Below, one piece after another: positions 28,001 to 40,009 of a DNA stretch of 64,000 nucleotides. Below the pieces are notes generated by a model. The model was not told the DNA's origin and searched no databases. It saw only the letters and a program-made list of their open reading frames with translations. The first letter of the stretch is position 1, and each line of letters begins with the position of its first letter. Made by a program: the position numbers and the translations under genes. The stretch is from Phoronis australis (lineage: Eukaryota; Animalia; Phoronida), in the NCBI GenBank assembly GCA_002633005.1, contig NMRA01000096.1, forward strand, positions 823,691 through 887,690, given 5' to 3'.

Positions 28001-31000
28001 GCCAAAAAATAGCAACTGGTTCTGGTCTACGCCCGACCCATTTTGAAACCTGCGCCTCATCAAAGCTGGCAACAGGTGGCATTGGGTGAAAAATAGAAAT
28101 GATTACAACCCATCTCAGCTGGCATCAGGCCACTCCGGGGGTAAGAAAGAGAGAAGGATCCCCACGCCATTACCAGTAGCATTGGCATACATTATTATCC
28201 ACCTGTTTAAGTTATCCCACTCATTTCTAGCCTACCTGCTTCTGTGTAGGGCAGAAACGTAAACACACGGAACATAATCTCATTTCTATCCACCTGTAAA
28301 ACGTAAGTACATCTTTACCTTTGCAGTGGCGTACAATTCAAATTTTAATATACCCCATTCATTCCCAGCCTACCTGCTGCCTGTTATTGGGTGTGTACGG
28401 CAGAAGCGTCGACACGTGGAACATAATCTCATTCTTATCCACTGTTGTGTAGATGGAGTGACTACCTGTAGTGTCAGCTGCAGACAGACAAAGAACAGGA
28501 AATAATACAAAACCTACATACAACAAGATTTTCAAGGTTGTGTAGGACTTTATCGACAAGTTAAATATCAAAAAATCTAAAATTTGACTCAGTAAAAGTA
28601 TACATTTTCTGAAAGTAGAAATTCCCGAGACCAATCTGCCATTGGTTGGATCACGTGACCATATATTTTTAGTAATATTTAGCGAAAAGTAAAGTTACAC
28701 TCGTAGCAAACTAACAGCATCAATAACGAGACCAAATCTCATTTGATATGAACATTTAAGATGAAAACTTGAAAACATTGTTGTGGTTTTCTAAACTTAT
28801 CCGTCCCTTTTTGTTTTATGCAAGTTTTGATGTTTTCAGGAACCCTATTGCACAAACTTTGGATGATCTCAAAAGCAAGTCCTAACAATGTTTCAAAGAA
28901 CAGAGCATTCATAAAAATAACAGTGCATCAAGCATAGTTAGTATTTTCTAAGATAAACTTTAAAAAGTTCCATTTGAATCCAGTCAGCCATTCCTGAGAC
29001 ACAATGGTCTGAAGTTAGCCAAACTTGGACATTGTTTCTAGGGTCTTAACAACCTTAAAACGACATTTCCTTTCAACAGCCAAAACATGGAAATCATGAA
29101 AAAGGCCCGTTAACGCTAACTTACTGGTTTCGAAATATTACTTATCAAAATACATGGGACAATTTATTTCTACCACAAAACTGGGAGACTCGGACAAACA
29201 TTGAGGTCAGTTTGACACCTTTTTAACACGATGTGATCAATGAAATCAAGCTGAGTATTTCAATTCCCTGTAATCAAAGAATCGCGCCTAATTTCACAAA
29301 CATGAACACATGCTACAATAGCAGCCAATTCATCAGATTCATATAACCAACTCACTTTTATTGTCAAGACCAGCTCTGTACTTGTCAAAGCCTTTTAACC
29401 TCACACGCTGGCCAATCAGATCTAAAAATTCTTCAAATGCGGGACCAGCATGCTCTGAAAAAACACATCACAAATTAAGCAAGCTCTGTAAAACATGCAC
29501 AAAGTAATTAATATATGCAGAACAGATATCAATTCGATGCACTTTAGATATAACATTTAGTGCTGATTCTCATTGTATTAACAATGTAGCCCAGGATTTA
29601 GATAGCACTTAATAACTGAAGCATTTTATTAAGACAATCTGTGACATAAGTAATAAATCAACAATGGAAAGAGGAATTACATGAACCCAACATATGTCCA
29701 TCACAGAATAATTCACAGATAACAGATTCACAACTTTGATATTTCCTTATGAATTTCCTAGAGAAGGCGCCACTCTCTTCGAATGCGCAATTCATCTTCC
29801 GGATAGTGAGCAGACGATGTATTCGCCAGAAGTAAAATGTCCAACCACACCAGGCACTGCTAGTGAATAGCGATGTCGCAGCCAATAGTGAAACTTTATT
29901 ACAGTTGATTGCAGTTTATGTAAGCCCTAGACATCGACAATACAGAGTTGGCGATCCATGCACCATTGTCACAAGTACAAACACATAATGTACATAAACA
30001 ATGAAGTTTTCTGAGGTGGTAGGAAACAGATCTCATTTCCAATGAAGGGAATCAAGCGTGCGACCTATGTTGTTATTACATACCATTGTTATACATCTCT
30101 TCCTCCGTGTTCTGACCCGACTGGCAATACATGACTCCAATCTTATATGTATTGGTTATCTAAAACAAATGAATCAACTGCAGTAAACAAAACCAGCAAC
30201 AAATAACTCTCGCCAAATATAGATTTTCCAATTTCTTTACAAAAATACCTCAGGTTGTAAAGGATGAACATTCTACAGTTAGACTTGAAAATCTTAATAG
30301 TTCCATATTTGTTAAGTTTCTGGCACTTGTTCTGATCTTGAACTTCCTCCCAGTGTAATTTATTCACAGAACACTGTCATGACCACACAGATTTCACCAA
30401 ACTACAGCCCCTGTCACACTTCACTCAAAAGATAACTCATTCAGCAATCTTTTCCCGGGATAATTCTTCCTGCATTACAAGACAGGAGTATTCACCACGG
30501 GTTTTCTCCTTGCTTTATTAAATACTCAGCTGATCTTCAATTTACATCCTTACACACCCGACATACTCCTCCCACCAAGTGTTAACAGCCCACTCAACTA
30601 TCAAAACAGCCTTACCCCTTGTTCATCTAGCTTCAACAACTGTTCTGATGTTTTCTGACCAGATACAGCCAATCGCAGGCAGGAGACGTCTATTTGGGGC
30701 GCAATGTACTCCAACAGATCTTTGGCAGGGACCCCTCGGGAATTGCTGAGGCGTGTTGACGAGGGAATGGCGTCCTCAGTAACAGCCCCACGAACGGCAG
30801 TTAACTGGAACAGCAACAAGAATGAAAGGCGGATAAAATGGACATTTGGAGGGACTAATTTAGATCTTGTTTCGATAGAAGCAAGATGATCCTTAGAGGC
30901 AATTCTGTAACACAACACTCGAGAAGAGTGATCTATTTTTTCTATTGCTCTATAGATGAGTGTTTTTATAAAAGGTCTTATTACACAAACAAATATGGAA

Positions 31001-34000
31001 CTAGTTTAGAATGGACTTAACAGCTCACTAATGCCAAGAGTCTGTTTTGTGAAAACTGAATCAAGACGTAAGTCAGACAGTTTGTCTTAAAGTTTCCACA
31101 CCACAAAAATTTGTGCCATGCAATTGAAAGCATGTAATACTTAAACATAATGTGTACGGTCAAATTATTTGAGTAAATATCAAATGTGAATACATTTTCC
31201 AACTTTGTACTTTGCTCTAAGGAGATTAAATTGTTTTTCAGAAATAGTTGGGTGGAGAGCAAGTCAAATTTCTGAAGTGGCATTTCATAAAACAGACCCC
31301 ACTACAGTTTAGGTATAACAACTGGACTCATCAAGCAAGTACACCTCAAACAATATCTAATCTTTAATTGGACGCAGACAACCAGGGCTGCCTTCCACTG
31401 ACGCAGTTAACTCCTGAAAACGTAAGATCGTACAAGTTTTCACAAGATATTAAATTACAAGGGCAGCACGCGGTCCCACTTTAGTACGTGCGTGTCTTGC
31501 ATCTACAGAACGCATTCCAGTTGCAACCATTCTTACCTCACTTGTCCGTATTACGAGTCGGTAGTGGTGACTGACAGTGCTGCCCTCTGCCTTCACTGCA
31601 TTGTTATCGCGCTCGTCCGTTTTTTCTCGCCGTATGCTAACAGCCACGGGGCCTATGTTCTCATCCATTCCGAAGTAATTTTGGTGTTCTGCAATAATTA
31701 TAACACAACATTAATTACAGTCCAGTGATGATACTAGTGGGTTCTAAACCTTTAACCAGTACTTCTAAAAGTAAGCATTTGTCGAGTCTGTAACATTTTA
31801 AGGCACGTGTCCAGTACTGCGGAAGAAAACGCACTTCTGGCACAAAAAGCAAACAACAAAATTTCTAATTAATCCTAAGTCAATTTATTTATTTAAATTT
31901 GATAGATTTAATCTACCATTGACGGATGATCTTTCCACGAAGTTGTAACCACACAAGTAAGTTTGAAATTTCCATTCCTTCCAAAAGTATTTAAAAAATT
32001 CAACAAATTGTTGTGGAATTTATATACTTTTGGGTTTGATTGTGGAGTCACCACGTAGATAAAACATAACTAATTACAGCAAGGAAAATTAACAAACGTT
32101 ACATATTTAAAGGCCGTTCCACCAAAATCATTCTCAGGAAGTCCCGGCCTGTCTCGACACCTAGATAAAATGGGTCGGGAACAGACGGAAACAGGCAAAT
32201 TTGACCAAAACACGCATTGAATGCGACACTGCTCATGAAGGTTCGTAGCCAGAACCTTAGTCGGTTCCCATGTGTTCTTGCCCCATTTTCCAGATCGCAT
32301 TAAGAACTACCTAGGTGTGCAGTGTCCTCAGACGTGACTTATTAGGTCACTTCTTTTAAACCTGATTTGACAAGTCTAACATGTGAAAGTACTAATTTAA
32401 ACTAAAATTTATACAATTTTCACTGTTCAACAATAATTGCTGCCACTACAGAGTTGGTGGGGGCAATTTGCCTTGTCTGGACCTGAAGCCTGAACATAGC
32501 TTTAGAGATACAGTACACAACACACTACAACATCAATTAATCATTTGAAGTGTGGTTGAATTAAGTGATATCCAGATAACTAAATTATGCAAGACGTCAC
32601 ATCCCATTATACGCAACAAGGACTATAAGATGATTTTAGATTGACCAGTCGACAGGCCAAAGGGCTGGATCTTTTTCTACTTTCAAAGAGCAAAAACTAC
32701 AGCATCTTAGTAATAATGACAATAGAACAATGCACCCAGAGCTACTTCCAATCACTCGCTAAACAGGGACAGGCCTCTGAATAAGGGAACAAATATCCTA
32801 GTAGGATCAAAGTTTGACAGGATAACCCCGGCTGCTGAATGGTGCCTGAACTGTGAGCAGTCATTTTGATTAATAGGATACCTTCCGTCTCAGGCACACT
32901 TGGGGAGATCACATAGTCACGGATGTGACTATATGGTGGGCAGAATGGCAACAACAGAAAATGATTGGTTGGAAAGGCTGAAATGCTGAATTATGGGAGA
33001 AAGGTGTCAGTAATCATTTCTGTTCAATAGATTTCTAACCACAAGTGTTTTGAAACCAAAGACGACCCAGGCCCTAGAACATGTTTTAAATATATCCAAG
33101 ACCAGGCAACCAATGGAAATTATAATGGATTTTAGCGGGGACCAGAGTCAGTCTAAATCCAGTTTCCCAGCCCATTTCAAACTCAGTTCGAGATATTATG
33201 GTAAACCCAGTCAGATCTGGCATGTATTTAATAACTGATCCAATTACACCTGATTTATGAATGTGAAATTGGGCCTAATTCCATTAATCCAGCCAATTAT
33301 AGATGTGTTCTGTGTTTAATCATCACTGCTAGACTGTTAATCTCCTAAATGTCTTCAACAGAGTGGTTTGTAAATAGACCAGACAAAGCATCTGATGACC
33401 TTGCCAGAAGCATGCATGAAATGTGAAAGGCAGTTTTACTTGTAGAGAAATGGGGGTCAGATTTGCTTGGAGAGAACTGAGGTTCAGTTTTTCTTCAAGA
33501 AAAACAAAGACCGCATTTCATCAAGTGGGCTAAACAGTAAAAATTCCCCAATTATAGACAGCGAAAATTTTATTACTTTGCTGAAATTTGGAGGTGGTCC
33601 CAAATCACAGAAATAGGCAATACCAGTCATCTAAATTCAAGAATCTCCAGAAATACGGCAGAATTACCCACTCTGTAGATTAAAAACACAATGTTCGAAA
33701 TAAGAGAAGTAAGATGAACACCAATATTCTCCAAAAATGCCAGAATTGAGATAATTAATTTTTGGCTAGAGTTTCCCAATCCCAAATTCCAGAAACTGTC
33801 CCAAACTGCAGAATTTTTACTGTAAATTGCAAAATGAGTCTACAGTACATAGATGATGGCTGGGATTAGATGTCCAAGGCTCCTCCACTTTGTTGCAGCT
33901 AAGATCTGAGTCTGGGTAACTCACAATTCAAATGAGACGACTAACAATGACAGATGGACTAATTTAATACCACCCACAAGTCAAAATAGACAGAGCATCC

Positions 34001-37000
34001 TGAGAGTCTAGAGGTAAATTGTATTACAGTTCTGCTCGACCACAACCTCTGATACAGGGGGAGTAGAAACTTGACCCAGAGTAAATTCAGTCAGGCTACT
34101 GTACTGCAAGCTTAAATATCCCAAAAATCTCCGTGGATACAACGTGTACAGCAACAGTGCCATCCTATGCATTCAAACATGGCGTTGTTGCAACACGTTT
34201 GAATTTTACGAGCCATGTTTCGAAATACTGAGTAATGTTTGATAAGCTCTGAGCCATGTCTAAAACTTTGAGTCATGTTTGAACAACGAACATTTTCTGA
34301 ATTTTACTCGACAAATTCTTAAAATACCTCTTATTATTCTTTTTCTGTAAAGCTGGTATTACCATGCTCAACAAGTGAAAGCAGTGTGTAAAAGTTAACT
34401 TAGTTTCTTCCGTGAATGAACAGACAGGAAGATTGGGCACACGAAAACACAGAGTTCAATTTGAGCCATGCATGGAACTTTGATTTCTGCCAAAGGGACA
34501 ACCCTGTACTGTTCAGGTCTTTGATAGCTTTCACTTCCAAGTGATTAGCATCTAGGAAGTGTCTGAGGACTGATAAGATCCCTAGTTATCACATGGCCAT
34601 ATGGAAGTCTCAATATGATGATAACATCTGCTGGAACCAACTGTGTAAAGAAATACAAGGAGACACAACAACACTGGCAGACAAAGCAAGGACCATCTGT
34701 CAGCTGGCATCACCAACCAGCAATAGATAACACTGGGATAAACCAGTACACTGTTGTGGCTCATAAGCAGATCCCCTAAGAGGAATGATTCAAACATATT
34801 AACAAACCCCTCTCCAGGTACCTGGAGCAGCTGAGCGGGAAGGACTCAGTCAGTCAGCGTTATTCTAAATGCGAAGGCTCTTGCTTAACCTACTCACATC
34901 AACTGTTGTTTCTTATATGCATCAAACTGGTTCTCAAAATACGAGCACGTTTTATCCGACTATTGCTGGGACAATTTTCACCAGCACTTAAAATGTGTTT
35001 CCTCACAACTAGCATAAAGCTGAGGATGAAGCTTCTTCTCTCTGCGCAATGAACACAGGCCTCTTCTTAAGTGCCCACGTAGGGCCTTTGAATTGAGCAG
35101 TCCACCCACTGAAGTGCTAGCGAAAATGCCTGCAGTTTTGGGCAACTGCAACTGTCGTCTAAACGCCAGCAAAAGTGACCCTTGTAATCATTCATATCAC
35201 TAGGGCATTCGATCGCTGTGCTCAAGAACATTCTAGAATTTCGCCAGTTTGAAAATGGGTTTAGGCACCCTTGGTACCGGCAAAGATACTACAAGTTACA
35301 ACAGTTACCACTGTAGAAGAGTAGGGTAGTATCTTTGCTATTGGTCGCATTAAGACATCTCCTTAGGCTGTTAACACAGAACTTACTGTGTAAAATTATA
35401 AGTAGCTGTCATGCTCAACGACTTTCAAGCCGTTCTCATAAACCAAGACATGATCCGCTCATTTCAAGAGGCACTTAACCTCTTTCCAGAATGAAAAACA
35501 ACTTTTGATTTAGACCATTTACAGTTTGGAAATTTGTCCCAAACTGTTCGTTAGTCAAACTGGAGGTAATTTCAGGGCTTTGAAAGATCTGAGAGTTTGT
35601 TATAACTTGAGACCATGCTCTATAAGTTGGCTTGTTGGCATGTCATTTTATGCACCAAGCAGGGTCTCAAGGAATAACGAACGTCGGTTCTTTGCAAACC
35701 TGGAAACCACAGACTTCTCATTTGAGTAGGACACGAGTCGAGACCAATTCTGTAGCAGTAAGTGGTCTAATCAAAACTTCACTTCTTGAACGGAATGCCG
35801 GGTTTATAGCCGCTTTAAAATAGCTTAAGAAGATTAGTTTTACCTAGGTTCCCTGGAACCAATTAAAGGTAAGTCCAAATAGTTTTGTATGACAGAGTAT
35901 TTGTAAACACCTTTGAGTCTGTAATCAGAAGCGATGGGGGGAAATTGGAAAATTCTTTGCAGGGCACTAGATTATTTTTTTTCTTCGGCAACAAAAATCA
36001 TCCATGACTCCTAAGGAATACTAAAAAGCAAAAAGTGAAAATTTGATGCAGCGTTGACTCACCACTGCCTCGAGTTTACAGTTCATTGCGACGAGTTTGG
36101 CTTTCTTGCATTTAGTTTGAACAAAAACCTTGCAACGAGTTTGACATATTGGGAGATTAGCCATTTCATAACCAAATTGGGGCATTTTTGATTTTGGGTA
36201 CCATTTCAATGCATTTATTCCAAGACTTAACACCCTAATCTCCTATAGTATGGACATGAACTTTCAGATACGCACTTGAACTTAGTCAATTCCAGTAGAG
36301 TATGCATTTTCTGTCCTGGAGAACACTGTGGTGTCTTATCTCTCAGGGTATTATATAATTTTAGGAATGAAATGTCATAGGCAAATGTGTTAAAAAACAC
36401 TTACCATAATTATAGAAAAAGTGTCTGTAGTAATAAGCACCAAGATCGACGTGTTCAAAGATATATCCGTTATGATTCAACATCGGAACAATGGCTTCAC
36501 CGTTTAAACTGGGCGAAGAGTCTAGTATTGCTATCCCCGCACACGTCGGGCTCCTCATGAATGTCTGGATACGTCGTAAGTTTTTACCAAGGATCCTCTG
36601 CTCTCGTTTCTGTGCAGTTCGTCGTGTCAGAGCAACAGTTTTCTCTTCCTCTCCGCCAATTTCATTGCGGAAATACGGACAGCCTTCCACTAGCATGTTG
36701 GCACGTCCATCACCAGAATCTGGTTCCTCCGAATCCGTGTCACTTCCTGTTTGCTCCCCATTGTTCGCCAGCCGGCCTGAAGCAGCCGAAGCACCCGTCG
36801 TCGTATTCCTACGCTTATTGAGACTGATCTGAGCTTTGATAACGTCGTGCAGGCTGACAGCGATACTTTGACAGTCATAATGTACCAATGCCTTCCTGCG
36901 CAAGTACTCGTCTACATTAGCACCAGAGGGGCCCTCTGTGGAGTTATCAGAGCCCTTACTACTCGTGTCACCTGCCGGGTCGCTTTTGGTCCCCCGTAAT

Positions 37001-37908
37001 TTCCTTAGCAACCCCGTATCCCCTGACACAGTCTTTGCGCGAGGTTTTTTGGCACTGTCTTTATTCTTCTTTTCTCGTAGACGTGGGCTCGCAGCACGTT
37101 CTGCACGAACCTCGCTAACATTTGATGGCACTGAGCCATTCGCCTGAACTGATGGGTGGGGTGTGGTCTGAGGCAGATCACCATCCACCTTCCCCCTAAG
37201 AACATCCTGAATTTGTGGGGGTGCTGGAGCACGTTGGTCAATATTGTCTGGGTTATACTCCTTCAGCATGTCAAAGAAGCTATCATTGGTAGGCGGACCC
37301 ATGTCGTCCAGCGAATGGGAGCTACCATATTGTCTAACCAAATGGCTGTCCTCTATATAGTCTCCAGCCTGATCTAGCTCCAATTGGCTGTTACTTCTGT
37401 AGCCCATACCCCCTCGAGCAATCTCCCCACTTCTATTTGATCCAGTGCTTTGTCCGTCATTGGATGAATCGTATGCATACAAGTAGTCCGACCGATTTTG
37501 TTTCGGGGGAGTTTCCGGGACAGGCTCCTGCCGGGAATTGTAGCCGCCAACCCCTCTGGGAGATGGCTGCGTGAACTTTCCATTTTTTTCATTGTTGTAA
37601 CTGTTACGCAGACCTACGAATCCTTCACGTAGTTTAGCCTTGTAGTAGTCATCATGTGACGCCGTCGTCACGCCAACGCGCAGTGACTCTGGTGTGTTGC
37701 CCTTCTGCGACTGTGTGCCTGTCAGGTAGTACCCAGCACCAGGACGTTTGAACTGATGATCACCGGCAGCGTTGTTGTTCATCTCAGCCACATTCTTCCG
37801 ATAGGACTCCACAGCTTTGATCGCTCGTTGCCGCACCACGTTGATCTGCACGTCCTTTGAATTTCTACCACTAACAAGAGCGGGAGGCAATGAGTCAGCA
37901 CCGTCCAT
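6837..37908 (-). CDS. SIPA1L: Signal-induced proliferation-associated 1-like (SIPA1L/SPAR-family RapGAP), spliced CDS of 20 exons, 3'-incomplete
   Basis: Exons join in frame at GT-AG sites with matching phases (4121 nt). Family motifs: [94 protein letters not shown]. Paralog number (1/2/3) cannot be assigned. Confidence 0.95.
7410..7710. repeat. Degenerate ~105-bp tandem repeat, about 3 copies
   Basis: actcggtaaa/actcagtaaa at about 7412, 7517 and 7625, each followed by gatc..aataactt. Confidence 0.6.
7861..8005 (-). CDS. SIPA1L: SIPA1L exon ([28 protein letters not shown])
   Basis: ttttccatttcag acceptor, AGG|GTAAG donor, phase 2-0; the EDLxxLID motif resembles the SIPA1L C-terminal region. 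Confidence 0.9.
8607..8760 (-). CDS. SIPA1L: SIPA1L exon ([32 protein letters not shown])
   Basis: ttttgtgcag acceptor, AG|GTAAG donor, phase 1-2. Confidence 0.85.
9396..9494 (-). CDS. SIPA1L: SIPA1L exon ([33 protein letters not shown])
   Basis: ttacag acceptor, G|GTAGG donor, phase 1-1. Confidence 0.82.
9801..9930 (-). CDS. SIPA1L: SIPA1L exon ([26 protein letters not shown])
   Basis: cttcttccatcag acceptor, G|GTACG donor, phase 0-1. Confidence 0.82.
12291..12456 (-). CDS. SIPA1L: SIPA1L exon ([31 protein letters not shown])
   Basis: GC-rich island, long polypyrimidine tract plus ttccag acceptor, CAG|GTAAT donor, open in phase 2-0. Confidence 0.85.
12994..13200 (+). repeat. Member of an abundant dispersed repeat family
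   Basis: Core aaatctcgccaatttaggacacaata.g.ccgaca.gtgaaat recurs at about 13794, 43651, 49046 and 61720, and inverted at about 46281, 51820 and 58638. Confidence 0.75.
16285..17090. repeat. 18-bp minisatellite (tttagtgtgaacacgtgc) spanning N gap 16458-16879
   Basis: Directly visible tandem array on both sides of the gap; explains the FSVNTC/FTLKHV ORFs. Confidence 0.97.
19192..19302 (-). CDS. SIPA1L: Second copy of the 111-nt exon (probably the other allele)
   Basis: Identical peptide to 21034-21144; lies in the 2-kb duplication; donor is the weaker GTTGG. Confidence 0.5.
21034..21144 (-). CDS. SIPA1L: SIPA1L 111-nt symmetric exon after the PDZ ([36 protein letters not shown])
   Basis: ttacag acceptor, AG|GTAGG donor, phase 2-2; its three substitutions versus the duplicate copy are all synonymous. 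Confidence 0.85.
21491..21610. repeat. 20-bp minisatellite (tttacatttactgcagtaca), about 6 copies
   Basis: Tandem array; only one unit at the homologous site near 19650 in the other copy. Confidence 0.95.
22169..22422 (-). CDS. SIPA1L: SIPA1L PDZ-domain exon
   Basis: [48 protein letters not shown]; ttacag acceptor, CG|GTAAG donor, phase 0-2. Confidence 0.97.
23406..23520 (-). CDS. SIPA1L: SIPA1L exon ([18 protein letters not shown])
   Basis: ttgacag acceptor, GAG|GTAGG donor, phase 2-0. Confidence 0.93.
24226..24371 (-). CDS. SIPA1L: SIPA1L exon ([26 protein letters not shown])
   Basis: ttatag acceptor, AG|GTACT donor, phase 0-2; conserved LGIS..C..IGW pattern. Confidence 0.92.
24924..25021 (-). 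CDS. SIPA1L: SIPA1L exon ([21 protein letters not shown])
   Basis: ttctag acceptor, CAG|GTAAA donor, phase 1-0. Confidence 0.9.
25381..25515 (-). CDS. SIPA1L: SIPA1L exon ([30 protein letters not shown]..)
   Basis: ccctag acceptor, G|GTAAG donor, phase 1-1; end of the RapGAP domain; translated by hand. Confidence 0.95.
26437..26543 (-). CDS. SIPA1L: SIPA1L RapGAP exon ([23 protein letters not shown])
   Basis: tttcag acceptor, G|GTGAG donor, phase 2-1. Confidence 0.95.
27451..27608 (-). CDS. SIPA1L: SIPA1L catalytic RapGAP exon ([18 protein letters not shown]..)
   Basis: ttttcag acceptor, AG|GTAGG donor, phase 0-2; contains the asparagine-thumb motif KRHIGND. Confidence 0.97.
28236..28293 (-). 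pseudogene. Degenerate tandem duplicate of the 3' part of exon 28374-28477 (pseudo-exon)
   Basis: Reads [19 protein letters not shown] versus [23 protein letters not shown]; donor GTAGGCT and adjacent intron bases are duplicated too. Confidence 0.85.
28374..28477 (-). CDS. SIPA1L: SIPA1L RapGAP exon ([30 protein letters not shown])
   Basis: ctgcag acceptor, CAG|GTAGG donor, phase 1-0; canonical RapGAP [11 protein letters not shown] motif. Confidence 0.96.
28780..29050 (+). repeat. Member of a second dispersed repeat family
   Basis: gaatcc.g..agccatt.ctgaga.ac.atg..gaagtt..ccaaa.ttggacat shared with about 44480-44712 and 39790-39836; the 44530-44570 part recurs inverted near 11645-11685. Confidence 0.65.
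29356..29454 (-). CDS. SIPA1L: SIPA1L RapGAP exon ([33 protein letters not shown])
   Basis: tttcag acceptor, A|GTGAG donor, phase 1-1. Confidence 0.95.
30084..30159 (-). CDS. SIPA1L: SIPA1L RapGAP exon ([25 protein letters not shown])
   Basis: ttttag acceptor, G|GTATG donor, phase 0-1; not in the ORF track, translated by hand. Confidence 0.95.
30616..30804 (-). CDS. SIPA1L: SIPA1L exon ([23 protein letters not shown])
   Basis: ttccag acceptor, GGG|GTAAG donor, phase 0-0. Confidence 0.95.
31537..31688 (-). CDS. SIPA1L: SIPA1L exon ([26 protein letters not shown])
   Basis: attgcag acceptor, GAG|GTAAG donor, phase 1-0; conserved RapGAP N-terminal segment. Confidence 0.95.
36405..37908 (-). 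CDS. SIPA1L: SIPA1L first coding exon (N-terminal region, 501 codons)
   Basis: Long ORF; ATG at 37908 in ACCACGATGG context with in-frame TAG upstream at 37990-37992; ends [18 protein letters not shown] then G|GTAAG donor (phase 1). Confidence 0.93.
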
Positions 37909-38056
37909 CGTGGTCCGCTCTAAATTGGACCCTATTCCCCATGATTGCTGGTATGCACAGCTAACAGTCAGTTGGGCACATGCAGGCAACTAAAACAATC
38001 CATACTCCCAGTACAACATGGCACTGTCAACAGTTTCAGGTTCCAAGTCCAGCAAG
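37909..38056 (-). other. SIPA1L: 5' UTR part of the first coding exon
   Basis: Strong acceptor tgttttccttacag immediately upstream of 38056, implying further upstream non-coding exon(s). Confidence 0.7.
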
Positions 38057-39954
38057 CTGTAAGGAAAACATAACAACCATTAGTTTAAACTGTTTGTACA
38101 TAATCAGAGGCAGGCAGATGGTTCCCAGGGTGTGAAATTAATGAAAAATCAATTCTAGTTTATTGACAATTGGTGTAGAGTTGATTGTATAAACACATTG
38201 GTGAATGACATCAAGACAGACCAAATGGACTCTTAAGAGATAATAATGCCAACATGAAAAATTAACATACGTCTCCATGTAAACAGGCCACAGAAAGACC
38301 ATTTCATGTCAGAACACACCAAGCGCACATCATGACACTGTGCTGTGACATTTACAACCATTTTCAAGAGATAAGACTTCACAGGGAAATTTCCATATGA
38401 ATGAATCCAGACCAGAAATATACACCATGCCTTACTAATCAAACATCAAAAGCCAATAGTCTCTACAAAGCCACTTGTATCCGCTTGAGTGAAGACACAG
38501 ACACTTATCAAAGAAGCATGACTATTTAAGTATTCCTCTAATCCTAATACCCTAACTGGCTGCACTATAGCTAATCCAGGGAAGTCATGTATACTCACTG
38601 CACAATGTTGATATTGATTGATGACAAAGGGAATGACAATTTGGAATGTCACTGAAGTGTTTAATGTACATATATTAAATGCTTACAGCACCACTAAATT
38701 TTAATGCAACTAAACTGCCACTGCCTCTGGGATATCTGATCATGTCGATTCTTTTTATACGCACAATGAAAGTATTAGCAGCCACAGAAAAGATTTTTAA
38801 AAGCACTCTGTTTTTGACAGTGATTAATTATTACAATTAGTAACTCAAGTTGCCTCTAACTACATGGCTAAGATGAATGCTTCATTTGAAATTGATGACC
38901 ATTACAAGAAGATATGTTGAGTGTTATTTTTCAGCAGAGCTTGACTGCATCTGCTGATGGAAGTCCATAGCTGAGTCGAACATACAAGCAAGTAGGCTGC
39001 ACTTAATTGCAACAGAATACAAATAATGAAAATTTCGCACAAAGTTGGAATGACCACAAGAAAAAATATTGTAAAAAGCATTTTAAAAAATTTTCTATGA
39101 CAACGAAATGAAGGCGATGCAAGACTTTATCAACATGTATGTGTCCTTCGCAGAATATGTAGAAAACTGAATTTCCTGAAAGCAGAAAGACTGCATGACT
39201 TGGTTATTGCTTGTATAATGTCAATTTACCATTGATTGGGTCAAATGATCAAGTCTTTTTTAGTAAAATTAGCAAAAAGAAGGTACATTGATAGCAAAAC
39301 AATGGTATCAGTAACATGACCGAATTTCATTTGATATAAATGTTCACACTGAAATCTCAAAAACACTGTTTAAGTTTTTTTAAATTGCGGCGACTCTCCA
39401 CTTATTTTGCACAAAAATAATTACAACTGTCGTTTTTCCATTTTTCAAATGCCAGTTACCCTGCTGGAACTAATGCAAACTTCACCAAATGCTGTTTTTG
39501 TCAACCACGCACTGAAAATTATGCTAGAAATAAGACTAAAATGTTCTTAGTATACAATTTTGTGGAAAATTCAACAAAATGGAATAACACTGCTCGAACA
39601 CCTTATGAGCTAATTACATGAAAAATTAAGACGCATGGTTCTGGTTTTATGCAACTTTTGAGTTTTTCCATAAAAATCATCACAAAATCCTTTTTTAATT
39701 GCCCCTCATGGAAAAGTGGGAGCATTTTAAAAACTATTGTTAACAACGCCATGGAGAAAAGTGCATACAACATAGTATCTAAGTTTCATATGAATCCAGC
39801 CATCCATTTCTCAAATATGATGTTCCAAAAATGTCGACCAGAGTGAGTCAGCTGTCTCCCTTCACTTGCTTGTTCTGATAACTGTACCCAATGATCTAAG
39901 ACAACAGATTTTCAGTCCCAGCCCCTAACACAATAATTTGACTCAGCAATGACA

Positions 39955-40009
39955 CCCCCCCCCCCCCCNNNNNNNNNNNNNNNNNNNNNNNNNNNNNNNC
40001 CCCCCCCCC
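39955..40009. other. Poly-C tract interrupted by an assembly gap
   Basis: C runs either side of Ns at 39969-39999. Confidence 0.9.

Noticed and set aside
36491-37592. Several ORFs overlapping the large exon
   Set aside because: Antisense or alternative-frame shadows of GC-rich coding sequence.
37909-37989. ORF-track start at TTG 37989
   Set aside because: Bacterial-style start; the eukaryotic start is more plausibly ATG 37908 in good Kozak context.
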